Shown: positions 28,150-43,864 of the stretch, piece by piece | Numbering within the stretch: the stretch's first letter is position 1 | Layout: every line of letters starts with the position of its first letter | Assembly (NCBI RefSeq): GCF_009914755.1 | Contig: NC_060932.1 | Reading direction: 5' to 3' (one strand) | Origin: the human T2T-CHM13v2.0 reference genome, Homo sapiens | Length of the DNA: 64,000 nt | The notes under the pieces: generated by a model | The model's input: only the letters and a program-made list of their open reading frames with translations | Told to the model about the DNA's origin: nothing | Database searches by the model: none | Program-made: the position numbers and the translations under genes

Positions 28150-31100
28150 CTACTGGATGATTCTCACCATAAACAAAGCATCCCACAAGGGATGCATAAA
28201 CACAAGTCAAATATCCCTCTGGGGCAGCTCCCCCAGGTATCTGAAGGCTAGCCTCATTTCAGAGAGATCTCTACTGTGATCCGAGGGCTATATACTTCCA
28301 TAAACACTTGAAGGTCTCTTACAACCCATTCCTGGTATAGTTCATCATACCTAATGTGGTATTGGAGCAAAGACAAGATGGTATTAAACTTTTGCATGAG
28401 AAGTCCAGCCCTGGGGAGTGTATGTAGTGCCCCTGTGAAGTTTTGCTTACAATTATTGAGGTCTTCCAAATGGGACCTTCATCATTAAGAAACCCAGGTT
28501 GGCAGTGCCTTCAGTGTAGCCTCTTGGCTGGCTGGTAGACTTTGGTTCCTCCAACTCAGTTTGATGAATACATTGTGTCCACGATTCTAGACAGACCCGC
28601 AGGGAGTAGTTAGTTACTCCAATCTGTTTTATTGACTATGCCACTAGCAGGCCATCCCTTGTTCTCTCCTAAGAAAGACTGAGCTATGGCCACAGGAGTG
28701 GGGCTGAGAGAAACATGAGAGAAAGGGCAATTGATATTTTGCATGAAAGCTGGGGTCTTCCATTAACACTTCCATAAATTCCGTCTTAAGATTAAGAAGA
28801 ATGACAAAGTTTGTTCAGACCCCACTGGTTGAAGATGGCAGATCCAGCAGTTGATGGTTTCAGAGAGCTGCACCAGTGTGTTTTTTCATGTGAGGAAGTC
28901 TTCAAAGGTGGTTCTCAAAGACAAAAGATTTTACTGTCTCTCCCTCTCTACCTCCTAGGATCTGTATTTTCATCTTCACATACTAGAATTTTTGCTTACC
29001 CTCATAAAATCATTGTCTCCATCTGAGTATCTGTAACTTCACCTTTTCTCCAGTTATCCCGTACTAACACCCAGATTATCAGATGTTCGTCTGGAGAGTT
29101 TTAGTATGAGAGATATAAGGGCATTTCAATGAAATTTATAGAGACTGATTACATCCTTCACTTTGGCCTCCGTAGGCCACTGCAGGAGGGCTTAGTGTGA
29201 AGTACACTCAGCCAAGTGGTCATTATCCTTATTAACTAAGACCATGTCAGTAAAACAAGAGAACTCAGTGACTGAACCCAGATTAAATTTGAATTTCCTA
29301 AGCCTTTTTTTTTTCCCCCCAAAGGTAGGCTGCCACCCAGGGGATATATTGGTTGAGTTTCCTCAAGGTAACTGTCAAGGAAGGAAAGGAAGCATTATGC
29401 CCGGGAATGGTCAGGACAGAATCTTAAATTTTTCAAAATAGATCTGAATAATGCCCACATCTCTTGTATTGATCATTTCTTAGGAAGCAGCCAAGAAGAG
29501 ATGAACTCTTTCTTGGGATAGATGTGTTTAGTCACCAAACTGCCGTGTGAAGGTGTGTGGACAAAAAGAGGAGAGGAAGTCGAGTCACACATATTTTCAT
29601 GTTAATTTTTGAGGTGGCTCAAATGCATGTCACAATGCTGGATGCTAGCAGATGTTAGGGCACATGGAATGACTGCTGAATGCCTTACCTATTGGCTTAT
29701 GTTTTGGTGGCTTTTGTGGCAAAAGGCACAGTATTATTAGACTGTAATATAGTCCAGAGAGCCAGAAATAATGACATATTTTAATTTAAAAATTCACAAT
29801 GGAATGGCTACAGTTAACTAGCACAATGTACTCTAACACACTGTACTCTCACAGTGAGAGTCGTAATAGTAGTAAGGTGCCAGTGGTAGCCCCGACAAAA
29901 GAACAAAGGCTCATTAAAGTCAGTTTGCTAAGAACAGATGCGTATGATGCCTTGACTAGCATGGCTGCTGCCCTGCAAGGTAAACAGGCCAATGTTTGAT
30001 AAGAGTCTCAAGTCTAGTATTCATTGTAGCTTCTGCATGAACTTACAGTAATGGAGCCAGGTAGCAATGGTGGTGATCTGGTAAGTGTAGGTTTAATTAG
30101 CAGCTTGATTCCAGATGGTTTGTCAGATTATGGGTCCTCACTGTGGGCGACTACGTTAAGTGACCTCTTGGTGACTAGTTCGCATGTGTGATTTGTTGTT
30201 CAAAAGATAGATGTTTCAAAGAGCGGTGTCTTTATCTCTTAGTCTGTAGTCTTCCAAGTGGCAGATGATATGGTTAGGCCAGTGGCAACAGTCAGTACAA
30301 ATGTGGGAAGATTTGTCAAAGTGGGTCTTGGTCAGGACTATGAGGACTGCCTTGAGTTCTGCCCACTGAGCAGAACAACCACGCCTGTTTTTGGTATTAC
30401 ACAGCTGTTTCTGAGGGGAAGCAGCCACAGCAGCCCATTAAGCACAATCAGATTTCAACTTAGCAGAATCATCAGTTACTCAGGCCTGGGCATTTAGGGA
30501 ACCTCTGTGAATTGAGGGCTCCACTGGGCCATTAACTTTGAGTTGGGTGGCAGAGTTAGGGATAAAGTTTGCTACAAGAGATAGCTGCTGTTTTTTTAAT
30601 GTAAAACTGATGGGTGGCCAGGGTCAGCTGCACTCTTAAATATACCATTTCCACAAGGAAAGCCTGGTGGACGCTTAATACCTTAGTCATCAGATCCAAG
30701 TAGACCAACCCCAGAATAGAGATATTAGGCATTTGTTTGTACTTGGTGGTCTTGTGAGGCAGTTGCCATCCAGAAATCAAACTGGCGTTGGTACATGGAA
30801 GACAACTCATGTTGCCGTAGGCATTAGTCAGCAGAATTCTCAGTCATGGAGACTGTAGTTGGAAGCAGTCATTAGGTTTGTGTGTCCCCAAAGATATGGG
30901 GTGTGGTTTGCTGAACATTTGCAGTGCAGCCTGTTGCATTGTTTCCTTTTCAGAGGACACTGGTTTGTGGGCTAGTCTATATAAATGATGAAGACGAATG
31001 CTCCAGTGGGAGATTAACTTATTTCAGTGCCTAAAAAGTTCATTAAGGTGTTGGGCCTCCTTTTTGGGGTCAAGTCTGAAGAGATAGCAGTTTTTCTTTC

Positions 31101-31170
31101 ACTGCTGGAGAAATTGAGTGTTTGTAGTCTGTTCACATAGTCCCAAGAAGTTTTATTTGGTGCTGGTGAG
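28150..31170 (-). mobile_element. Decayed ERVL-class endogenous retrovirus internal region (pol: RT thumb, RNase H, integrase)
   Basis: Minus-strand peptides in retroviral order: PKKEAQHLNELF (~31030-31069), SAQWAELKAV (in ORF 30216-30428), *QTDFNEPLFFCRGYHWHLTTI (~29860-29930, resembling WQxDYIGPL...GY.W.LT.ID). Confidence 0.75.
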
Positions 31171-31174
31171 ATAC

Positions 31175-31900
31175 TGATGCCGATCCAGTTTTCTTACTTT
31201 GAATGTGATTTGTTTTTTTGCCTTGTGGGCCAAAGTATATTTTAAATTTTTTCACTGAAGTCTGATAATTCTGCTATACTATGTCTTACAGTTGACTATT
31301 CTAGGTTGCCTTTTTCAGGCACACAAAGAACTCTTCAATATGTATATAGGGACTTTATTTTTAGAAATGTTATTATATCGTAGTTTAAAATACCAGTTCT
31401 ATTTCATTGTTTTGTTTTTCTACTTCAGGGACTCTAATTCTCCATATGTTTAATCTTTTAAAATCCACCCCATTTCCTCTTAAACTTTTATTTGTTTTTG
31501 TTCTCTTACCTGCTTTTAATCCTATTCTTAATGTCCTTTATTTATTTTCAGTCAACTCCATTTTTCTTTGAAGACTTTGTAATACAGACTTCATTTCTGC
31601 GTGGATTCTGTCTGTTTTGCTTTTTTGAAACATACTGGTTTCCTGAGTCTTACTAACTGTGATATATCGTCTTTTGTTTTTTATTTCTATTTCTAGTTGT
31701 TTAATTTCTGATTTGAGATTTTCTGTCTTCAACTGCTTGTTTAATGATATTTACTTTAGGTTGGGGTATTTTGTTTCAGTTTTCTCTTCATGATTTTGTT
31801 TTCAGGGAAATTTTTTATCAGTTGAAGAATTTTTATTCTTTCTGATTTATTTTTGTAGTAGCCTTGTACAGATGCTGTTGATCATTTGCTGCTTCTTAAA
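31175..31900 (-). mobile_element. Ancient L1/HAL1 ORF1-like remnant
   Basis: T-rich antisense tract; ORF 31538-31732 is K/E-rich, coiled-coil-like (LKSEIKQLEIEI...MELTENK). Confidence 0.55.
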
Positions 31901-32743
31901 ACTTTTTTTTTTCCCCTTTCCTATACCAGACCAGAAACCATAGTTTATATGTGGGGTGGGGATGGCTAGACTTTTGAGTGGCCTACTGATTTCTTAATTC
32001 AAGTACCCTTTCTGCTCATAACGTGAAATAGGTCGAGTTCAGCAAGCTTATTTTTCTCCCCCGCTCACTTCTTCCTCCCTCCTATTTCTTCCTCTCTCCT
32101 CCTTCTTGCAGTGGCATATTCTGATTCTGAAATAATTTATGTTTCCACAGGTCCCTTAATTTTCATGACCTGCTTCTCTGTTTCACTCTATCACCAACCC
32201 ACTAATGCATGTCTGCTTCTTCTAAGTTGTTTCCCACTCCCCACAAAGTGGTGCATTCTTAAGACTGCCATGTTTGTTCCTGTGTACTTCCAAGCCCCTT
32301 TCTTTATGTTCCACAGTAGCCACTGTTCTTGCCCACCATGTTATAGACCTGTTCTCAGTGTTTTCAAATTCAGCTGAGATTCTGTCTTTCTTGGGGTGAT
32401 TCCCACCCCCGCCGCCCCCCGTATTTCGCCTCTGCTAGGATCCCTCGTACCCCTTTTTCCCTGTACAGTCTCCACCTTCCTGTTCTTGCATGGATTACTG
32501 AAGTTATAAATGTTAATTTCCTCACTTCCATTTACATTTATATTCTGTAGGATTCTTTTTATCCCAGTTACTGTACTGGCATTAGTAGTTTTGATTATGC
32601 TTTTTGGAGAACTACATGGTTTTTGGAGTTCTTTGTTGGTTATCATTATCCTACAGGAACTCAGTAATTGTCGCGTATAGTTTTAATCTTTGTAGGAGAA
32701 ATTGGAATCTGACCACACAGAAGGAAGTTCTTTGAAGACAAAC

Positions 32744-33067
32744 TTTTTTTTTCTTTTTTTCTTTTTTTTTTTTTTTTTTTTGGAGACAAGAGTCTCACTC
32801 TGTTGCCCATGCTGGAGTGCAGTGGCATGATCTCTGCTCACTGCAACCTCTCCGCCTCCTGGGTTCAAGTGATTCCCCTGCTGCAGCCTCCTTAGTAGCT
32901 GGGATTACAGACATGTGGTACCACGCCTGGCTAATTTTTGTATTTTTAATAGAGACAGGGTTTCACCATGTTGGCCAGGCTGGTCTCAACCTCCCAACCT
33001 CAAGTGATCCACCTGCCTTGGCCTCCCAAAGTGCTGGGATTACAGGCTTGAGCCACTGTACCTGGCT
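32744..33067 (-). mobile_element. AluSx/Sz-like element
   Basis: Long poly-T, then ggagacaagagtctcactctg...cctcaagtgatccacctgcc...cctggc. Confidence 0.95.
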
Positions 33068-33087
33068 GAGGACAAATACTAGCATTA

Positions 33088-33581
33088 CACTGATGATTAT
33101 GATCATGTGTTGATGCTAGATCTCGTGATGTTCAGGGCTTCAGTGATGATGATCATGTGTTGATGCTAGATCACGTGATGTTCAGAGCTTCAGTGATGAT
33201 GATCATGTGTCGATGCTAGATCACGTGATGTTCAAGGCTTCAGTGATGATGATCATGTGTCGATGCTAGATCACGTGATGTTCAGGGCTCCAGTGATGAT
33301 CATGTGCTGATGCTCGATCACGTGATGTTCAGGGCTTCAGTGATGATGATCATGTGTCGATGCTAGATCATGTGATGTTCAGGGCTTCAGTGATGATCAT
33401 GTGTCGATGCTAGATCACGTGATGTTCAGGGCTTCAGTGATGATGATCATGTGTTGATGCTAGATCACGTGATGTTCAGCGCTTCAGTGATGATCATGTG
33501 TCGATGCTAGATCACATGATGTTCAGAGCTTCAGTGATGATGATCATGTGTTGATGCTAGATCACGTGATGTTCAGGGCTT
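33088..33581. repeat. Minisatellite, 10 copies of a 47/50-bp unit
   Basis: Consensus CAGTGATGAT(GAT)CATGTGTYGATGCTAGATCACGTGATGTTCAGGGCTT; unit starts at 33088, 33141, 33191, 33241, 33291, 33338, 33388, 33435, 33485, 33532. Confidence 0.97.
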
Positions 33582-34189
33582 TGGACTTTCTGTGTGCTTA
33601 GTGGGATTTTATTGAATGAAATGAATGAGAATTTTTTCATATTGATGAAAAACTCATTGAAAAGTTTCTTGATAGACAGCTACAGGAGTAAAGATCATAC
33701 AAAACGGTGCTTTATTTCTCTAAAAATGCTTTATTTATATAGGTTATAACTGAAATAAATGAAAAAATGACTTTTAAAACTCTAATCTTGATAGCTGCTT
33801 TTAAGCATTTAAAGATAAAACTTTCTGCATTTTTATATCTAAAGCTGCAACTATTATATAAAGTCATAAATTACAATTCATCTTTGTATTATTTTTAAGC
33901 ATTTATTCTTGGTTTCAATGATTTTAGTTTATGTTAGTCATTTAACATATTAAATGAGATTTACTAATTTTCATGGTCTCAGACCTTAGTCCTCAAATAA
34001 TTTCTCTTAGATGCATAAGAGTCGTTTTTTTTTTTTTTTGGACCCATGAGGATGACTTAGTACAATCAGTCAATATGAGTAAAACCACTTCAGATATAGT
34101 CCTTTCTTTTGATAGGTTGTTGTCTTTGTCACCATAATACAGTGAACAAAATAATATTCTTTTTATTTATCAGAAGACAGTGATTATCA

Positions 34190-34720
34190 TGTGCCCACGC
34201 AGAAGAGAGTTAACATAGCAGGCCTGAGATTGTTATCGTTAGAAAGGGGAGCTCCCAAGTGTGGCCCTTGCTTGCCATATGGGAACTTGGATTTTGGGAA
34301 TTTTTCCACCATTACTTAGCTGAGAAGGGTGGTTCACTGTCCCTGAACTGTTTACAAACAATGTGGTTAATGCTGAACACCTGCTTTTTTTGTGTAAGTT
34401 TGGAATTTTGCCACCTACCATGCAGAGGGCATCTACATGACCAACCTTCTTGGGCACTGAATCTGTAATGAACCTCCCTGGTAGAAACACTTTACACGTG
34501 TCACAACGGAATTGATCCTGTGTGACCTGACAGGGAGTCACTGTTGGAAACTTATCTGGTTCACTTCAGACTGCACCGTGTGCCTTTTCCCTCTGCTGAT
34601 TTTGCTTTGTGTCCTTTCTCTGTAGTAAATCTCAACCATGAATGTGACCATGTGCTGATTCCTCTGAGTCTTCTTAGTGAATCACCAAACGTGGTGATGG
34701 TACTGGGGACGCCCAACACA
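34190..34720 (+). mobile_element. MER21-family solo LTR
   Basis: gagttaacatagcaggcctgaga...gggaacttggatttt...tgtttacaaacaatgtggtt...ggggacgcccaacaca. Confidence 0.8.
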
Positions 34721-35321
34721 CAACCTTTTAATAATTCTGAAATGTTTTCTCCTGGTCTTGGCAAGAAGTTATATATTTAATATTCATTTTAGTTTTTATT
34801 TAGTTTTTCAGATCTGTAGAATAAGCCTCCCCTGCCCCTAAAGAATCTTAAATAGAACTAGGGACAAAAAGAAACCTCATTTTATAAATTTGTGGCTTTT
34901 TGTCGTGGAACTGGATACTAGTATGGTGCTATTATATTGATACTGGCATATATTTTTGAACCAATTTTTATTGAATGGTCACTGTGTATAAATTCTCTCC
35001 TGGATCCAAGGGGAGATGATGGTGAACAAACTGACCTGGCTGCTGCTCTCATTATCTCAGAGTCTAGTTCGTAAATGTCATGAAGGAAAAGCACAGAGAT
35101 TTATGAGAGGATCCTGGTTTTTCCTGTTAATCTGTGTGTTCAAAAAGGTTTATTTAAGGGAGTGATAAATTGCAGTGTTAAGTTATACACGAAGACTAGG
35201 AATTCATGAGGCATGTTTATCTGCTCCCATGTACTAGACATACCTCTTTGCCATGTATACTGAGTGTGTTATATGTATTGTGTGCCATGTGTGCTCTGTA
35301 GCTATAGAAAAGCTAGGTTGA

Positions 35322-35628
<307 letters not shown>

Positions 35629-36134
35629 GTTGCATTGAGAAGAAGGAAGGAATTTCACAGAAATCCTATATCAAGAGTAAGCCTAGTTTATCAAAGGAAA
35701 TTAAAATTTGGGTCTGGTGCAGAGAGTGAGAGGGGAAGACACTAGAAGTAAGGTCTGAAAATGCAAATAGTCAATGAATTTTAAGCTAGATGGTGGGTAC
35801 CCCAAGGTTTGCATACTCCTTTGCCATTTACTAGAGACTTCGTTATGCCTCATGTTTTTAACCTCATGACAACTGTTGAGAGAGAAATTACTAGTATTGT
35901 CATGCTAAAAAGGGGAAAATAAAGTATTTGTGGCTTTCTCAAGTTTATACATTACAAAGTTGAAAGCCAGTCCACAAGTACAGATTTTCAAAATTCATGT
36001 GTTACCTATGTTCTTTCTACTTGGCCACATCATAATAATAGGTGTAGTGTTACATTGTTTGGAAGTCATGATAAAAGTATTATGGTTATTTTATATGTAT
36101 CTAAAGGCCTTGCCAAAAATGAAAACCAGACAAA

Positions 36135-36306
36135 AAGAGACGCAAGGAAACTTTTGGAAGTGATGGAAATGTTTATTAACTTGACTGTGGTCGTGGTAAC
36201 ATGAATGTGTACATATGTCTACACTCACCAAATTGTACCCATTATATACATTAATCGTGTGGGCTTTTTAATATACCAGTTATACCTCATTGAAGCTGGG
36301 GGAAAA
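36135..36306 (+). mobile_element. Old L1 (L1MB/ME) 3' terminus
   Basis: ggaaacttttggaagtgatggaaatgtt...cagttatacctca. Confidence 0.65.
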
Positions 36307-37210
36307 GAATAGTCCAAGAACATTTCTTCAGTGTTTAGCATAAGATATTCCTATGGTAGTCTGCCAGTTCATTAACAAAATTAGAGATGTTTGGAACAAT
36401 ATTACTGGGTAGAATAGTTGCTTGTCATGGAATTTTGTAGTATCACAAGATAGATCTCTCTCTATACAATATATAATGCATATACTCAGATAGTTAACTG
36501 GTTAATCAGTAGTTCAAGAATTATTTAAGAATAGTATGTGAATCTCTATGCTTTTTATTCAATTTTGTTGAGAATCTAAAACTCCTCTAAAAATAGTCTA
36601 TTAAAAATAAGTTTGATGAGAAAAGTTAAAAAAATGAAGATAAATATGAATAAATATACGAAAGGGTTCCTGGCATACACTAAATCTCCATGAATGTTTC
36701 TTGTGACGGCAATACTATCAGTTGACTAGAAAAGACATAATCTCCATCTCTTGGGACACAGTTTCTGTAATCTTGTGTCTACCTTTTTGATTCATTACAA
36801 TAAAGGTCTTTAAAGTCTGCGTATATTCTGTTCTTTACCACATGAAGGTGAATAATAGACTTACTGGGAAATCCTGCAGGATTTAAGATGTGAGTTAACG
36901 CTTTCCTCATTTTGACTTCTCAGGTTTTGCAATATATATATATGAATTTACTTAACAGATATTTTTTGAGTATCATGATAGTTCCTGGGCATGTTATCAT
37001 AAACAAGGTTTACATTGCTTTGTTGTTTTGTTTTTATTATTTAAGATTATAAGTGTTATAATGGATTGAAGTATCTTGAGGCAGTGGCCTGTATGTCTTA
37101 CCTCTTCCAAACATTGAATTAATTCACCCATTTATTCATTTGTTTGCTAATTCTTTATTATTAGTTGCACAAATATTAAATACATATTATAATCATATGT
37201 AGTAGGTAAA

Positions 37211-37546
37211 TGATACGGCTTGACTGTGTCCCCGCACAAATGTCACTTTGAATTGTTCCCATAATCCCTATGTGTTTTGGGAGGGACCCATGTTGTTCTG
37301 ATGATAGTGAGTGAGTTCTCACATGACCTGATGGCTTTATAAGGGGCTTTTCCGCCTTTGCTTGGCACTCCTTCTTCCTGCCGCCTGGTGAAGAAGGTGC
37401 CTTGCTTCCCTTTTGCCTTCCGCCATGATCATGTTTACTGAGGCCTCCCCAGCTGTGCTGAACTGTGAGTCAGTTAAACCTCTTTCTTTGTAAATTACGC
37501 TGTCTTGGGTATGTCTTTATTAGCAGCATGAGAATGGACTAATACA
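37211..37546 (+). mobile_element. THE1-family solo LTR with a small internal deletion
   Basis: tgatacggcttgactgtgtcccc...gagaatggactaataca; near TSD GTAAA/GTAAG. Confidence 0.9.
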
Positions 37547-40500
37547 GTAAGAAAACTTGTTAAACGAACAATGCGTTAAATGATTTCCTTACTACATTGT
37601 GTGACATTCTTCTTGGCATACCACATTTAAGCATTAATATGTTACTGTTAGTTGTTTTTTTTTTTTTTAAGGAGAACCAAAATTTCTTTGACTTTCAAAA
37701 ACCGAGTGCTAACTCTGCGTATTGTATACACTTCAACATATTTTATGTTCATATACAGTTTTGCTTTAAAATATGTATTTGGATCACATATGTTAGAATT
37801 GTTTTCCAAGGAAAGATCTACTTAGGTCTGATGAAGAAAATGGATGCACAGGGAACAGCTTTAAGAAACACAACCTCTTTATCTTACATCTAGTGAATTA
37901 TTCAGTCAATTACAATATGGTAGTGAACTGTTGATTTCTCAGCTCTTCAGAGGCCTTAGGTCTACTTAATATATTTCAGTGAATTCAGCTGGGCCCTGAT
38001 ATGTATAGCGCAACCAGAGGAGCAACTGTGTTAGAAGTCTTTGTGCAGGGTGTTGTTTATCAGTTGTTTTTTTCTTCTCGAGGACCAGAACCTTAAGTAA
38101 TAGGTGAGTGTGCTCGCTCCAGATCTTTGTGTATCACTGTCTATAGAATTTTTTTATTTGGGGTTTTATTATGGCATAAGTACAATTCATTTTACGTATA
38201 TAACTGTAAAGACATACAATGGTATTTTCATACGAATCTGCTATAAGAAGTTTGATTAACATTAAAAAGAGAAGCTATACTTCTTAAAACATCTCTTTAA
38301 AAATTATATTCATCATGGGAAATAAATATGTAGAACTGTAGATGATATAATTCTTTTTAGTTTTACATAACCTTTTAAAAAGCATTATAACATAAAAGAT
38401 TGTAGCATTTAGATTAAGTGATTTTTTTCCCCATAATAAAATATGGAGAAGATTTACTATAACACATTTAACAGAACAGTGCCCTGCAGTTATTGCCTAA
38501 GCCTTCCTGGATCCTTTTGACGCAGCGTGACTGCCCTCTTCAGGCTGCATAAGTATATATTAGAATTTATGGCGTTCACTACATTCATGAAGTTAGGCCT
38601 TTACTATTACTATGAACTACTACAACAAAATATTTTTCAGTTAATAGTGTTGGAAATGTAGTCATTTTAGTTAAGTGCTTGGAGTATTTGTGGATTTTAA
38701 CTTGCCATTTCAGATGGTAGTGAGGTCAGAAGTGTGCTAATAAGCTTTCGTAATGTCTCATTTTGCTCATCAGTCCAAGCTGACAGAAACATATTCAAGG
38801 ATCCTCTGAATTTCTTTATCTGTCATTAGTTAGGTTTTCTCTGTCCCCTATTAAACGTTAAGAAGTTGGGATATGGAGGGCGCATAAGGGATAATGGGGG
38901 TAAGTATGCATAGGGTCTTTGTTATTGGGGCACATTTTTTTTTTCTAATGAATCTTTTGTACTCTGAAGAGATATCATTAATATTAAAATACGTATTCCT
39001 CGGGCTCATTTATTTATTTTTAATGATATACAGATCTGTTTACTGACCCTGTTTCTACTGAATTACACTCAGCAGAAAAAAGCCCCCATTTGCCTTGTCA
39101 TTATTAAATTTTCCCCAAGTATTGTATTTGAGTCAAGAAAATGTGATTTGCTTTAGCTTCTGTGGAATTCTTTATTCTAGCCAGAGCTATCCCTAAGTAT
39201 ATTGTCTACAAAATTTTGCTGGATGTTATGGCTTGCCAGGTTGCAATGGAGAATTTATGTGAAATAGGTCACATCTTCATTTACATAATATTTTAATAGT
39301 CTCATATGTTTTCCCAGCCAGACCATTAGAGTAACATTGAAAGTGGGTTCCAAACCTTCATTTTCTTCTCCTCCAATATATCATGCATATTGTTGTGAGA
39401 TACAGCATTCTCAAATAGTATTTTGCATAATCTACTTACTTCAGAAACACTTGTTTACTATTTACACAATAAAAGCTGGGTCCTATTTATGTTTCTACCA
39501 CTTCCAGAGTTTATTTTCTACCCTGAAGCTTACATTCTATTACTTGAACACAGAATACACATTCCAGACAGGGTAGTCTTTGTTTATACTGTTTCTATTA
39601 CCTTACTTTTCTCTCCCTGTCCTTGCTTGTTGTAAGTGCAGTCCTTCCAGACATACCACCATTATTTTCCAATTTTTTTTTACATTCATACTTTGTCGAA
39701 CTGTTCCAGCTCACTATTATCTCATCCTCTGTATGCTGTATAGCACCTACAGTCTACATTCCTCTTTAAAATATGTATACCTTATTTATGTACTAGAGTG
39801 CTTATCTATTCTTTAACCTCTTAAAAGTGGAGACTGTGAGGTATACTTCTTTATTATTGCAGTACATATGAAAATGTTGAGTATAAATTTCACTGATGAT
39901 TAAGATCTGGATTCAACATTTGTTATGAAATTGTCATTACTAATAGGATATCACATGATGATTTAGTCATTGTAACCTTTGAGTCATGAACACTATTCCT
40001 TTGACAAACAGCATATGTTTGTGATAGTACACAGATGTAAAATTTCATTTTTTCTTCCCCTCAACACCATAACTAAAGTAAAGGAAATCTGCCTTAAAAG
40101 AGACATTATCCAGTGACATAAATCTGACTAAATGAGTTGTAGACTCTCTAGAATTCAGAAATTCTAATGTGGTAAACTTAGCTTAAGGGTATTTATGATA
40201 TAGTGACTGGCTATGAAACTATATTATTCATCATCAGTATCATTATACCTTTATTAAATGCCACTTCTGTACTAGATCCTAGCCATTGGACAATCAATAT
40301 GTAATAAGAACAGCTATGCATAAAATCAGTAGTGCTACACAGTCGCTGAGAATTTCTGTTTCAGACATTTCCATCAGCAAGCACTGTAAGTATAGTGATT
40401 TGAAGTGACTTCCTAAAGAGAGGCAGTTTTTGAGCAAGCTTCTGAAAGAAGGGAGGACATTCTAAGTGAAGTATTTCATGCACGTGGTTAAGAATGGACA

Positions 40501-42559
40501 TAGTATGTTCGTGAAACACAGACTATTTGAGTGTGGTATTTTTATAAAGACATAGATTATGTAAGTTGTGGCCAAGTTATGGAGGTTTTTGACTTTTATT
40601 CTTCCCATTATCTTCATTATGTACGTAGTGGGGAACATTTTTGGACTTTAGAATAGAGGCTAGAATCTACAAATTGGTTATTGGGACATTAAATCTGAAA
40701 AAGTAGAGTAATATGGAATACAGAGTTTGAAGGCAAATTGAATTCATGCTCTTTGACTCCCCATTACTTTATCACTTTTTATTTTTTAATTTTTTTAAAT
40801 TACATTTTAGTATTCAATACTTGTATTATGTTAAAAGTTTTTAGATTATAGTACTGTTCATATTTAACCCTCTTAAAACATAATATTTTAATCAAAACAA
40901 TGTTATGTGCTTCTTGTTTATAAAAAAGAACTGCAGAAGAGGCCCTTGCACTCATCTGATTTGCACACAGGTAGGCTAGGCCAGAGATGATCCTACCAGA
41001 GAATGTTTCTGCTTTGTAATTTTTTTCTTCTGTTGTTTTTAAAAAATAGCTGTAAATGTTATTCTTGTAACAACATTTTATACAGTAAACTTATCTTTAC
41101 ATTCTTGTTATGATAGGTATAGATTTAACTCATCTCACCTTTCATTGCTTTTTGTTTATTCTTTTGTTTATCACTGTAACACTAAATAACATCTTTGTGT
41201 TTTTTGTTCATTACCTATGGCTGATGTTTTTTGATTCCCGCATTGTGATATGAAGATGAGCAGACATCTTCTTCCCCATCACCTCTTCTTCTTCTCTTTT
41301 ACATACCAAATTCTGTTGGCTATCGTTCTATATTGTCATAGTTCATAATATGTACATTCCATACTGTAACCATAATTATTACATTTGAGTTCTGTTTATA
41401 GGTTGATTTAGAAAGTTAAAAGGGAATAAACAGCATTTACATTATTATTTCTGCATAAGTAGCATCAATGGCAAAGTAGTAGGTTATCATTATGATTCCT
41501 TTTCTACAGTGCCATTGTTGATAACCCCTGACCCGCTCAAAAGAATATATTTAAATAATCTTTCTAATCACCAGTTCATCAAAATTATGATACATTTTAA
41601 TAAGCTGCATATTTGAACCTTGTCTCTTATGTTCATTTTTTTGTTTTTATTTTTCCTGTTGGAATAAATACGGTTTTCTTACTATAGATTTAATATGTTC
41701 TAGCTGTTTCTGATTTTAATGATTACTTAGAATCTATTCTTTTCATCTCGAAGTCTAAAATTCCTGTTCTAGTTTGTATTGGTTGCATCATAGCTTCACA
41801 GACTACAGCTTCTTTACGTCTTCTCTCCGTGCTACCTCACTCACTGCATTTCTAGTTGCCTTTTTTCCTCTCTTACAGTGCTCTATCATAGTCTTAAGTT
41901 TTCTTAGTTTTTCATTCACACTACCTTTTCTATCAGTTATATTTTAAGGTAATTTTCTGAGAATTTGGGGTCTAATTTCAGATTCCTTACATTTCCATGA
42001 ACATGTTTATTTCAAACTTGATTATTTGTCTCAACGTGCAATTTTAAATAGAAAATAATATTCTGAAGGAATTCTTCTATTTGTCGGTATCTAGTGTTGC
42101 TAATGATCAGTCCATTCCCAATCTCATTGATTGCACTTGTTTAGGAAACTTTTTTCTCTGAGAACTTTTAGGATCTTCTTTTTATCCATAGTGTTTTGAT
42201 ATATCCCAGTATCTCTCCAGGTTGTTCTTTTCTCATTCCTCTTATTCAGAACTGGGAAATGATTTTAATTTGAAGACTTAATCTCCTTTAATTGTATTGT
42301 TTACAGAAATACCATTTTCTCTGTTTCACCTCTCCTCTATTTCTGTGATGCCTGTTTGAAAAAGGACTTACTGGACTCTAGGTCCTTCTCATTCTGTCAT
42401 ACATTCCACCTATGTTGTTTTTGTTCTGTGAATTTTATTCGACTCTGTCTTCTAACATTGGTGTTTTATTTGGGCAGTCATATTCGAAATCTATATAAGT
42501 GCTCTCTCTTTTACTATCTTTATTCCTTTTTTATATGATATTGTTTTTGTTTTTTCCTT

Positions 42560-43320
<761 letters not shown>

Positions 43321-43556
43321 ATACAATATCTTTTCTGACAGAATTTTTATAAGTATGTTAGTTACAGTTACACTTCCATTTTCATGTTTTCTGATCGTTC
43401 TTTTAGAGTCTGTTTGTTTTGGGAAGTTTTTAAGAAATCACATAAGGTTTTCCTCAAATACATGTTTTTTTTCGTTGCGGTGGGGATGAAGGCTAACATT
43501 GGGACTGGTTCGGGAGGGTGCAGAAGTTTGGTCTACTATTGAGTATTAAGAAGTTT

Positions 43557-43864
<308 letters not shown>

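Noticed and set aside
33088-33581. Possible CRISPR-like array or C/D-box snoRNA cluster (each unit has a GTGATGA C-box-like motif and palindromes)
   Set aside because: Units are head-to-tail with no unique spacers, the context is a human intron with no cas genes, and there is no consistent same-strand CTGA D box or terminal stem
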